A DNA stretch of 64,000 nucleotides, taken from assembly GCA_029261215.1 (NCBI GenBank), contig JAJDBT010000050.1:17982-81981 (forward strand), given 5' to 3'. The position numbers and the translations under genes are program-made. Positions 1-7,457 of this stretch are shown here, one piece after another. Each line of letters opens with the position of its first letter. Within the stretch, counting starts at the first letter, position 1. The notes beneath the pieces were generated by a model, which saw only the letters and a program-made list of their open reading frames with translations, made no database searches and had not been told where the DNA came from. This stretch comes from Nitrospirota bacterium. Lineage in GTDB: Bacteria; Nitrospirota; Nitrospiria; SBBL01; JAADHI01.

Positions 1-681
1 TTCAGGTAAAACACAACAGAATTCTTCTCCACCATAGCGTGCGAGATGATTCAGCCTTCTCATACTGGATGCCATGGATGACGAGACCACCTTCAACATC
101 TCGTCGCCAAAGAGATGTCCAAAGCGGTCATTGACCTCTTTAAAGTGATCAAGATCAATCATCAACACACTGAAAGGCCGACGATATCGTTTAAATCGAT
201 ACAGTTCTTCCTGGATAAAATGATTCAAACAACGTCTATTGAAAATCCCTGTTAAGGGATCACGTTGCGTCAATTCAATGAGTTTTTTTTCGTATACAGC
301 CACTTCCGACATATCACGCACTGTGATAAAAAGAGCGGAAATTTCACCTATTTCGTTACGGATCGGCCCAATCGTACAACTTTGTTGCATGAATTCGAAC
401 TCGGGACAAAATAAACCAATTGGTTTCATTGGAAATAAGAAACAATAGGGATCTTGTGGAAAAAATGCCGAACTACCGAAGGTCAAGACAGATTGACAAT
501 TTCTCAAAAAGCGGGCATTTTTGAGGCTTGGATAATGCTCAAAGAGAGAACGGCCAAGCACAGCCTCACCGTCAAGATGACTATGTGTGGACATCCATCT
601 ATTCCAATAGGACACCTTGAAATCGCGGTCAAACACAACAATGCCTGTATCGATCGCATCTAATATTTGCGGGACCTCCAT
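1..681 (-). CDS. PAS-domain diguanylate cyclase (PAS-GGDEF), 3' end outside the window
   Basis: Not in the ORF track. Manual translation from ATG at 681 gives MEVPQILDAIDTGIVVFDRDFKVSYWNRWM (PAS-like), then DPLTGIFNRR...MIDLDHFKEVNDRFGHLFGDEML...ARYGGEEF. The ATG overlaps the upstream TAA (TAATG). Confidence 0.93.
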   Translation of the reverse strand, partial: MEVPQILDAIDTGIVVFDRDFKVSYWNRWMSTHSHLDGEAVLGRSLFEHYPSLKNARFLRNCQSVLTFGSSAFFPQDPYCFLFPMKPIGLFCPEFEFMQQSCTIGPIRNEIGEISALFITVRDMSEVAVYEKKLIELTQRDPLTGIFNRRCLNHFIQEELYRFKRYRRPFSVLMIDLDHFKEVNDRFGHLFGDEMLKVVSSSMASSMRRLNHLARYGGEEFCCVLPE

Positions 682-1325
682 TAAAACTGGGCCATAAATG
701 CATGAAGGGCCTTTTTAAACCAAGGAATCGATTGATCATTTGTGATGAGAAAAAAATAGCCTTTAATATCATCTTTTGAAAATTTAAACTCTGTCTTCAC
801 AGAAATAACCACACTTTCCTTTTTGATCAGATTCAAGGGAGTCTGCCATGAAGGAGATGAGGCCATTTCTAAACGTGGGGGCGTAAACGAAACAGTCTCC
901 TGCAATACTTCAACAAGTTTCCCAATACAGGCGCCGGTGAGAATGTTCCCAATTTCAATAAGAGCCCCTTTTTCAAGGCGTGCCGCATCTTCAAATTCCA
1001 GATGCTCGTCGTGAGTACCTAAAAGATCCGCTAATTTCTTCTCAGAACCCTCAGGGAAGATCATAAAAACATGGCCACTCAACTTTCCTGAAAAATTCTG
1101 CTCAATACTATTGTATGGAGGAGCGACCTTAATCTTATTCACCAGATAGACTGGAAAGTCTTCTCCTGAAACCAGAGTCACATTCGGAACACTTAAATCG
1201 ATCAAGACACCCACCACTTCTGCGAGATCAGCGATCGCCTTTCCAAAAGAGATATTCATGACCTCCTGAAGGATTTCTTTTTCGTCCTCCGAAAAACTTT
1301 TTGACAGCTCTTGTACTTGCTTCAT
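681..1325 (-). CDS. CheC/CheX/FliY-family phosphatase
   Basis: Two ExxN motifs (LQEVMNISFG, LIEIGNILTG). Overlaps the upstream receiver gene (ATGA). Confidence 0.88.
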   Translation of the reverse strand: MKQVQELSKSFSEDEKEILQEVMNISFGKAIADLAEVVGVLIDLSVPNVTLVSGEDFPVYLVNKIKVAPPYNSIEQNFSGKLSGHVFMIFPEGSEKKLADLLGTHDEHLEFEDAARLEKGALIEIGNILTGACIGKLVEVLQETVSFTPPRLEMASSPSWQTPLNLIKKESVVISVKTEFKFSKDDIKGYFFLITNDQSIPWFKKALHAFMAQF

Positions 1326-1708
1326 GACAACCTCATTTCACAAATTTTTGTAGTCACTTTATCGATCGCGGCCTTGACGGACTCCTTTGAAGGAGGCTTA
1401 TTCAGCATCAAAAATGCCCCCAGCGATAAAATTTTTCCAACAACAGATCTCTGGATATCAGAAGAGACAATAATGACTATCGCATTTTTGTCTATCTTCA
1501 TTATTTCCCCAAGAGCTTCAAAACCATCCATGACAGGCATGGTTAAATCAAGAAAAGTCAAATCGGGTTTAAGTGTTTTAAAAGCCTGAAGTCCTTCTGC
1601 ACCATCTTTCGCGGTAAAACATTCAACACCTAGGTCATCTGGCAAACAAACCTTTAGAATACGGATCGCCACGGGTGAATCGTCTACGATCAAAATCTTC
1701 TTAAGCAT
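1322..1708 (-). CDS. Single-domain response regulator (CheY-like)
   Basis: ILIVDDS, phosphoacceptor in FLDLTMPVMDG, conserved Lys in NKP; GGAGG RBS upstream. Confidence 0.93.
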   Translation of the reverse strand: MLKKILIVDDSPVAIRILKVCLPDDLGVECFTAKDGAEGLQAFKTLKPDLTFLDLTMPVMDGFEALGEIMKIDKNAIVIIVSSDIQRSVVGKILSLGAFLMLNKPPSKESVKAAIDKVTTKICEMRLS

Positions 1709-2038
1709 TCAACCTCCAAATCATAATCGGGAATTCGATTTTCCCTACAAAAATTAACACCTTAAAAAAACGAACGAGGACACTACCCCTTATATCGGAC
1801 ATTGTATGGGCTTTCTTTAGGGCAAGATCCATAAAATTATTTTTGCTTAAGGATGTTTAAGGAATCTCCTCTTGAAAAATCATCACCGACACAGGCACAA
1901 TGCCCCTGTTATTATGGTGACTTTTTCTTGACTTAAATAGGAATAGGCGACTGTATACCATGTGCGGGAAAATGCGGATTTATTTATGTGTTCCGAAAAA
2001 AGTCGTGTTACTGAACTTTTTTCACTGAAGGGAATGAT

Positions 2039-2854
2039 GTGAAACAATACCTGAAGTTAGTCCGACATATCCTGAAAAATGGAGAAAAAAAAAGCGACCG
2101 GACCGGTACGGGAACCATCTCTGTTTTTGGGTGTCAAACCCGGTATGACTTACGCGAAGGTTTCCCGTTATTGACGACCAAGAAGGTCCTCTTCTCGTCA
2201 GTCATTCGGGAGTTGCTTTGGTTTCTAAAAGGATCAACCAATATTAATGAAGGTTTGAAAGAACACACCCCGATATGGAACGCCTGGGCAAATCAGGATG
2301 GAGAGCTCGGCCCGATCTATGGTTATCAATGGCGAAAATGGGAAAAATTCAATTGGGATGACCACACAAAAAGCTTCAAAAAAACATATGTGGATCAAAT
2401 CCAACACGCCATTGAACTGATAAAAAACAATCCCGACTCTCGCCGAATCATCGTCAGCGCCTGGAATGTCGCGGATATCGACCGCATGGCCTTGCCACCT
2501 TGCCATACGTTTTTTCAATTCTATGTCATCAATGGCCGTCTGGATTGCCAGTTGTACCAACGCTCGGCTGACGTCGCCCTGGGCGTCCCTTTTAATATCG
2601 CAAGCTACGCACTATTACTGACCCTGATTGCCCAGGAATGCGGCCTCATGCCAGGCTTTTTTATCCATACCCTGGGAGACGCACATATTTATGAAAACCA
2701 TGTCGAAGGACTTCAGGCACAATTGTTACGAAAACCCAAACCCTTGCCGGCCATCAGGGTTTCAAAAAAGAAGGTGAGCGATATTGGCTTTGAAGACATT
2801 GAATTATGCAATTATGAGCACCATCCTTTTATCAAATTCCCGATTGCCGTTTAA
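2039..2854 (+). CDS. thyA: Thymidylate synthase
   Basis: [23 protein letters not shown] catalytic Cys, [22 protein letters not shown]-terminal IAV. Confidence 0.98.
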   Translation: MKQYLKLVRHILKNGEKKSDRTGTGTISVFGCQTRYDLREGFPLLTTKKVLFSSVIRELLWFLKGSTNINEGLKEHTPIWNAWANQDGELGPIYGYQWRKWEKFNWDDHTKSFKKTYVDQIQHAIELIKNNPDSRRIIVSAWNVADIDRMALPPCHTFFQFYVINGRLDCQLYQRSADVALGVPFNIASYALLLTLIAQECGLMPGFFIHTLGDAHIYENHVEGLQAQLLRKPKPLPAIRVSKKKVSDIGFEDIELCNYEHHPFIKFPIAV

Positions 2855-2860
2855 GCCCTC

Positions 2861-3403
2861 ATGCTGAATTTCAACATGATTGTCGCCATGGATTCACAAC
2901 AGGGCATTGGAAAATCAGGAACGCTTCCCTGGCATCTGCCCTCCGACTTAAGACATTTTAAAGCACTGACCACAGAAACAGACTCGGTTTCCCAGAAAAA
3001 TGCGGTCATCATGGGCCGAAAAACATGGGCGTCAATCCCCGATAAATTCCGGCCTTTACCTCATCGGATAAACGTGGTGCTCACGCGGGATAAAGACCTC
3101 CACCTGCCTCCCGATGTTTTGCCTGCAGCGTCATTTGAAGATGCATTCACCCAACTTGATCATGAACAATACAAAGAACAACTGCATCACGTATTTGTGA
3201 TTGGCGGGCAACAAATTTTTGAGATCGCGCTGCGCTCAACACACTGCCATAAACTCTACATCACCTCGATTCAGCAATCTTTCCAGTGCGACACCTTCTT
3301 TCCCGATTTTGATAAAACATTCAAACGCATTCACAAGACCGCCCCTTTGAAAGAAAATGGGATACGCTTTTATTTTGCCGAGTATCTTCGTAAAATTGTA
3401 TAG
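2861..3403 (+). CDS. folA: Dihydrofolate reductase
   Basis: GIG..GTLPWHLPSDLRHFK, VIMGRKTW, RPLPHRINVVLTR, VIGGQQIF, CDTFFP; directly after thyA. Confidence 0.97.
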   Translation: MLNFNMIVAMDSQQGIGKSGTLPWHLPSDLRHFKALTTETDSVSQKNAVIMGRKTWASIPDKFRPLPHRINVVLTRDKDLHLPPDVLPAASFEDAFTQLDHEQYKEQLHHVFVIGGQQIFEIALRSTHCHKLYITSIQQSFQCDTFFPDFDKTFKRIHKTAPLKENGIRFYFAEYLRKIV

Positions 3404-3495
3404 AAAACAAACGAACAATACGCGATAAACTTCTAATCATAAAAAAAACGCCTGTTCTCTAAATCAGGAATATCGACAAAAACCGCCCTTTAGGG

Positions 3496-3524
3496 TTGAC
3501 CCATCAGTCATTGTGACCTATCCT
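3496..3524 (+). promoter_or_regulatory. Sigma70-type promoter TTGACC-N17-TATCCT
   Basis: -35 at 3496-3501, 17-nt spacer, -10 at 3519-3524. The predicted start site falls near the GTG at 3530. Confidence 0.55.
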
Positions 3525-3529
3525 CTTTT

Positions 3530-3832
3530 GTGTCTCATACTCAGGAACAAGGCTATTTGGAACGCGAAACCCACATCAGAAGTATTTTAAAAGGCATGAG
3601 CTGGAGGATTCTGGCCTCTGCCACAACCATCGGAATCGCTTATTCCATCACAGGAGACACGAGTATCGCTTTGGGTATTGGGGGTATAGAGGCCGTGTTA
3701 AAAATATTTTTTTATTATTTACACGAGCGGGCCTGGCAGCTCGTGCCGCGCGGCACGATCCGCCATATTGAAGAGGAGATTCTCACCAAACATAAAAAAA
3801 AACCGGCCCTTCAGAAGTCAGATGAATCATGA
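3530..3832 (+). CDS. DUF2061-like small membrane protein
   Basis: RSILKGMSWRILAS...IFFYYLHERAW pattern with two hydrophobic helices. Confidence 0.8.
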   Translation: MSHTQEQGYLERETHIRSILKGMSWRILASATTIGIAYSITGDTSIALGIGGIEAVLKIFFYYLHERAWQLVPRGTIRHIEEEILTKHKKKPALQKSDES

Positions 3833-3861
3833 AAATGTTTCAGCTGACATTAACACCTTCA

Positions 3862-3879
3862 TCAGGGTCAACCCCCTGA
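3862..3879. terminator. Short hairpin in a convergent intergenic region
   Basis: TCAGGG-TCAACC-CCCTGA 6-bp stem between convergent genes; no clear U-tract. Confidence 0.3.
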
Positions 3880-3904
3880 GAGACCGACTCAGATCACTGA
3901 AACG

Positions 3905-5440
3905 CTAAAAATAAGACTCCCAGAGCGACCCCGCAAAAAACCGCCCAAAATCAGAAAGCGCCTTTGTTTTTTCTTTAATCGACCCCGCATGCGTGACATG
4001 GATGGTTGACAGAATCTTCTTCAGCTCCTTTATGCTAAGACTTAACACCCCAGCACCAATAATGGGCGCCAATTTGTCCGGTCCTTTATGAAGCTGGGTA
4101 AAAAGCGTTGTCGTATCTTTCCAAAGATCAAATCCCGGATCATCTTTGACCTCTTTTTTCCCTGCGAGATAATATGTCTGCCCCTGGTGTTCAAAGGCCA
4201 ACTCATACACCATCAAGGTTAAGTCCGGGTCATCCGTCGGATGAAAGAGGTTGAATACTCCCGATTTGGCCGGAATATCCTTTCCAAAGGGCTGAAAATC
4301 GATACGGCCCGTAATCCGGCCAGGGTGAGCCGGATTCGTTAAAAATGCATCCAATTCTTCAATACGAATCGTCGCATGCATGGCAAGGGTCATCCCCGTC
4401 TCTTTCCCCTTTTTTGCTCCCGTTTTAGGATCCGTTTCATCCAAAACAAAAGGGCCGGACATGGTTTCCCTAAAGGTCACCCCAATCCTCGGACTTTTCA
4501 TCCGGGTGGAATCCGGGCTTAAAGGCACCCCGTTTTCAGTCATGCCTTTTAGATAGTGCTGCGCGTCCGCATAACCCATGTCGATCAAGGTCGCGTTGTC
4601 CACATGCCCCAAATAAAGATCGGGATCGAGCGGCAGCGGATATTCCGGTTTAATGAGATGCAGCTTAATCGGCTTGTCGTGCCCATACACCCGCTCTCCT
4701 TTTGCAATCCGGGCATTGATTTCATTAATTTGGATAAACTCTTCATGCAAGGCCCCGTTCGCGCTGACCTCAAGCATGTTCACATAGAGCCCCAGAAAGC
4801 CTCCCTTATAAACATCGGTGTTACCGAGCACCCAAACCACCCACAATTCCTCTGCACCACGTCTTACCGCCTCCATCAGATTGGCATCCCGCATAAATGC
4901 AGAGTCGTGATAGAGGTCCGTTCCAATTTTCACGGGCGGCAAAACCCCGGGCAAGGTCATGCCCGCAACCAGGTAATCAATACTGATCTGCTCGTGCGGG
5001 ATCACTTCATTTATTTTTCGTGTGTAATTGCAAACGTTAAAGGTACCCGAAATCCCTCCGGCCGCACGAACACGCGCGATATCGATCCCCAAGTGCGGAA
5101 AAACCTTGTGAATGATATTGTCCGCATCGCCCATTGCCTGAATATCCGTCAGTTTCAGATATTTATCCAGGGGCATCAAAGAAACAAAATCCTGAGGATT
5201 CAAGGTTCTCCAGCGCTCGCACATCTCCTCCGGCTGCTGACCTGAAAAGAGCATGGCATGGTTCATCGCGCCACCCGAAGTGCCGTCCACATGAGAAAAA
5301 GTCAATCCGGCTTCAAAGAGGGCGCGAATGGCCCCCGCCTGATATGATAAACGCATGCCGCCACCCGCCAGGATCAGAGAGCGTTTCGGGCCTTTGTCAG
5401 AGGCAGGGGTCGCGCCATAAGGCGTATGTTTTGTCGTCAC
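3905..5440 (-). CDS. Patatin-like phospholipase with a C-terminal domain shared with the GMC oxidase
   Basis: LAGGGMR oxyanion motif, GTSGG nucleophile elbow, catalytic Asp in a YHDSA variant; C-terminal ~190 aa resemble the C-terminus of 7458-9839. Confidence 0.9.
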   Translation of the reverse strand: MTTKHTPYGATPASDKGPKRSLILAGGGMRLSYQAGAIRALFEAGLTFSHVDGTSGGAMNHAMLFSGQQPEEMCERWRTLNPQDFVSLMPLDKYLKLTDIQAMGDADNIIHKVFPHLGIDIARVRAAGGISGTFNVCNYTRKINEVIPHEQISIDYLVAGMTLPGVLPPVKIGTDLYHDSAFMRDANLMEAVRRGAEELWVVWVLGNTDVYKGGFLGLYVNMLEVSANGALHEEFIQINEINARIAKGERVYGHDKPIKLHLIKPEYPLPLDPDLYLGHVDNATLIDMGYADAQHYLKGMTENGVPLSPDSTRMKSPRIGVTFRETMSGPFVLDETDPKTGAKKGKETGMTLAMHATIRIEELDAFLTNPAHPGRITGRIDFQPFGKDIPAKSGVFNLFHPTDDPDLTLMVYELAFEHQGQTYYLAGKKEVKDDPGFDLWKDTTTLFTQLHKGPDKLAPIIGAGVLSLSIKELKKILSTIHVTHAGSIKEKTKALSDFGRFFAGSLWESYF

Positions 5441-5499
5441 TGATGACCTCCAGAAAATTTAATCGTGGTAGAAAACAGACACATCTAACCGCTCTGAAA

Positions 5500-6366
5500 T
5501 TAATCGATGGGTTTGGGCGGGGCCAGCCACTCCTGGCTTTGATCCAAATCAACGACGCTTTCGAGTCCCTCCGGGGTTTCTCGCGGAACCTCGGGATAAT
5601 CCAGAAACCAGCTTTCAAAATGATCGTCCAAAAGGCCGGTTGTTTCCGGAAAAAACCCGCTGAAGATCGGGTTTTCGCTGATATCCAGATCTTTCAAGGG
5701 CTTAATCCGGGGATGATCGCCAAGGGTGAGCTTGGCCGATCCCTTTTTAAAGAGGCAAAAACCCGCTTTTCCTTTAAAATACACATAGGACTTCATCAAC
5801 ATGCCACGAAAAGCACAATAGTTTGCGCCACCCATATTTACGGGGAAGGTCTCTTTTTTCGCGCGCTGGACTTCGATCTTCATCACAAGCTGACCATCCA
5901 GGTCATATTGACTACTCGCGGATTTTTCGTTGATGAGAAAATCCAGGTTTGCCTGATGTTTCGGCATCCCCCAAATTCCCTTTCCTCCTTTGACCGAAAC
6001 AATGGAGCTGACGGGCAAATCAAACACATATTGCCCTGTGCCATAGGGTTTCATAAAAATCAGCGGGAGGAGTCTCGGCGCAGGTTTGCAGCCCTGTGTA
6101 CAGCCAATGCCAATGCTGAATTCTACATATTTCCCAATCGTGGTCACACGGTAATTAATCACGGTAATCAATAACACCGCTTTGTTCCAGATTCGAAAGG
6201 GATGGACTTCCCGGCCCGGCATCAGCTTCCTGGCTTTTTCATAGTCTATTGTATAGGCCGCCATCAGCGCCGGAGATTCTTTGGACCCCACAGGCAGGTC
6301 AAAGGGAATGCCATCCACCAACCCGTAACGCCCTTCCTGTCTTTTTAATCGTTTAGGTACTGACAT
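5500..6366 (-). CDS. Acetoacetate decarboxylase-like family protein
   Basis: GKYVEFSIGI, YVFDLPVSS and GKGIWGMPK (Schiff-base Lys motif of the ADC-like superfamily). Confidence 0.82.
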   Translation of the reverse strand: MSVPKRLKRQEGRYGLVDGIPFDLPVGSKESPALMAAYTIDYEKARKLMPGREVHPFRIWNKAVLLITVINYRVTTIGKYVEFSIGIGCTQGCKPAPRLLPLIFMKPYGTGQYVFDLPVSSIVSVKGGKGIWGMPKHQANLDFLINEKSASSQYDLDGQLVMKIEVQRAKKETFPVNMGGANYCAFRGMLMKSYVYFKGKAGFCLFKKGSAKLTLGDHPRIKPLKDLDISENPIFSGFFPETTGLLDDHFESWFLDYPEVPRETPEGLESVVDLDQSQEWLAPPKPID

Positions 6367-6395
6367 CGTGATTCCTTTCTAAATAATGGCTTGAC

Positions 6396-7427
6396 TTAAT
6401 GGGGACGGTCCAACTCACGAAGCATGAGGGGAAAGGTATCGCGCACTGCATTTTTCCCCAAAAAAGGATCCAAATGGCCGTAATGGGGGATCACATGCAG
6501 TGTGTGATAGTTTTTTCGTAATCCATCAAAATACTTAAAACTGTTGATCTGGCTTTTCGGTAAAAAACAACGGTTGTCTTCTCCTGCAAAAAAGGCAAAT
6601 CGGGCATCTGTTTTGGGTGGACCCGCAGCAAAATCCGCAGGCAGTTCTTTCTTTCCCTCAACCGAAATCAGGTTGCCCTTGCTGGCAGAACGCGTAATCT
6701 GTCGAAAAAAGGGAATTGATACTTCGGCAAATTCATCTTTTAGCCATTCATGCGTTTCCTCATTCAAGTTTTCATGAGACCACAGAGCGGGAGAACCGGA
6801 ACCATAGGTAAAACTCACCTGTTTGCAAACGGAGTTGTCGCACTCGTGATGCGTCAGTTCCACCACGGTTGAAATTAATTTCGCAATGGGCGATTTTGCG
6901 GATATCCCCCATTGCGGATTTAAATAAGGTGTAAATTTTTCGGTTGGAGGGATGAAGACATTGAGCTTGAATCTGGACCAAAGGGGCAGCACCGGATGCA
7001 AGGAGACCGCATTGCTCACGATCGTCTTCACCTGGGGGATCAAGCCGGCAATCGCGGACATCGTAAAACTGGTAGAACCCTGACAATGGATCACGGCCTT
7101 GATTTCATCGCAGCCGGTTTCCTTCACGACCGTTTTAACCGCTTCGGGATGATCATATAATGCGGCCTGATCCAGCGTCCATTGTGTCGGCGGCAAATCG
7201 ATGCTCGCTCTCCAGTTTTCCATCCAAACGTCATACCCATGCTCAAGCAAATAATCCACAAAAGTCGTTTCAGTCGGTGGCATAAACAGGTTTGCACGCA
7301 CCCCCGCACCATGAACGAGTAACACAGGTCCTTTTGTCGGGGCCTTCTCCCCCTGCACATGAATCACATTACACATCATGCCGTCTCCCGCCTTAAAAGG
7401 CACGACGTGCTGTTTTAATACGCCCAC
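6396..7427 (-). CDS. Alpha/beta hydrolase with a Cys nucleophile
   Basis: PVLLVHG oxyanion region, GYDVW, IHCQGS elbow, YGHLD catalytic His. Confidence 0.87.
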   Translation of the reverse strand: MGVLKQHVVPFKAGDGMMCNVIHVQGEKAPTKGPVLLVHGAGVRANLFMPPTETTFVDYLLEHGYDVWMENWRASIDLPPTQWTLDQAALYDHPEAVKTVVKETGCDEIKAVIHCQGSTSFTMSAIAGLIPQVKTIVSNAVSLHPVLPLWSRFKLNVFIPPTEKFTPYLNPQWGISAKSPIAKLISTVVELTHHECDNSVCKQVSFTYGSGSPALWSHENLNEETHEWLKDEFAEVSIPFFRQITRSASKGNLISVEGKKELPADFAAGPPKTDARFAFFAGEDNRCFLPKSQINSFKYFDGLRKNYHTLHVIPHYGHLDPFLGKNAVRDTFPLMLRELDRPH

Positions 7428-7457
7428 TTGTATACTCCCCTATTTCACTTGCGACGA

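Noticed and set aside
4556-6174. Long plus-strand ORFs (229 aa and 346 aa) opposite the patatin and ADC-like genes
   Set aside because: Antisense shadows of well-supported genes with no recognisable motifs. The same applies to the many short overlapping ORFs in the track.
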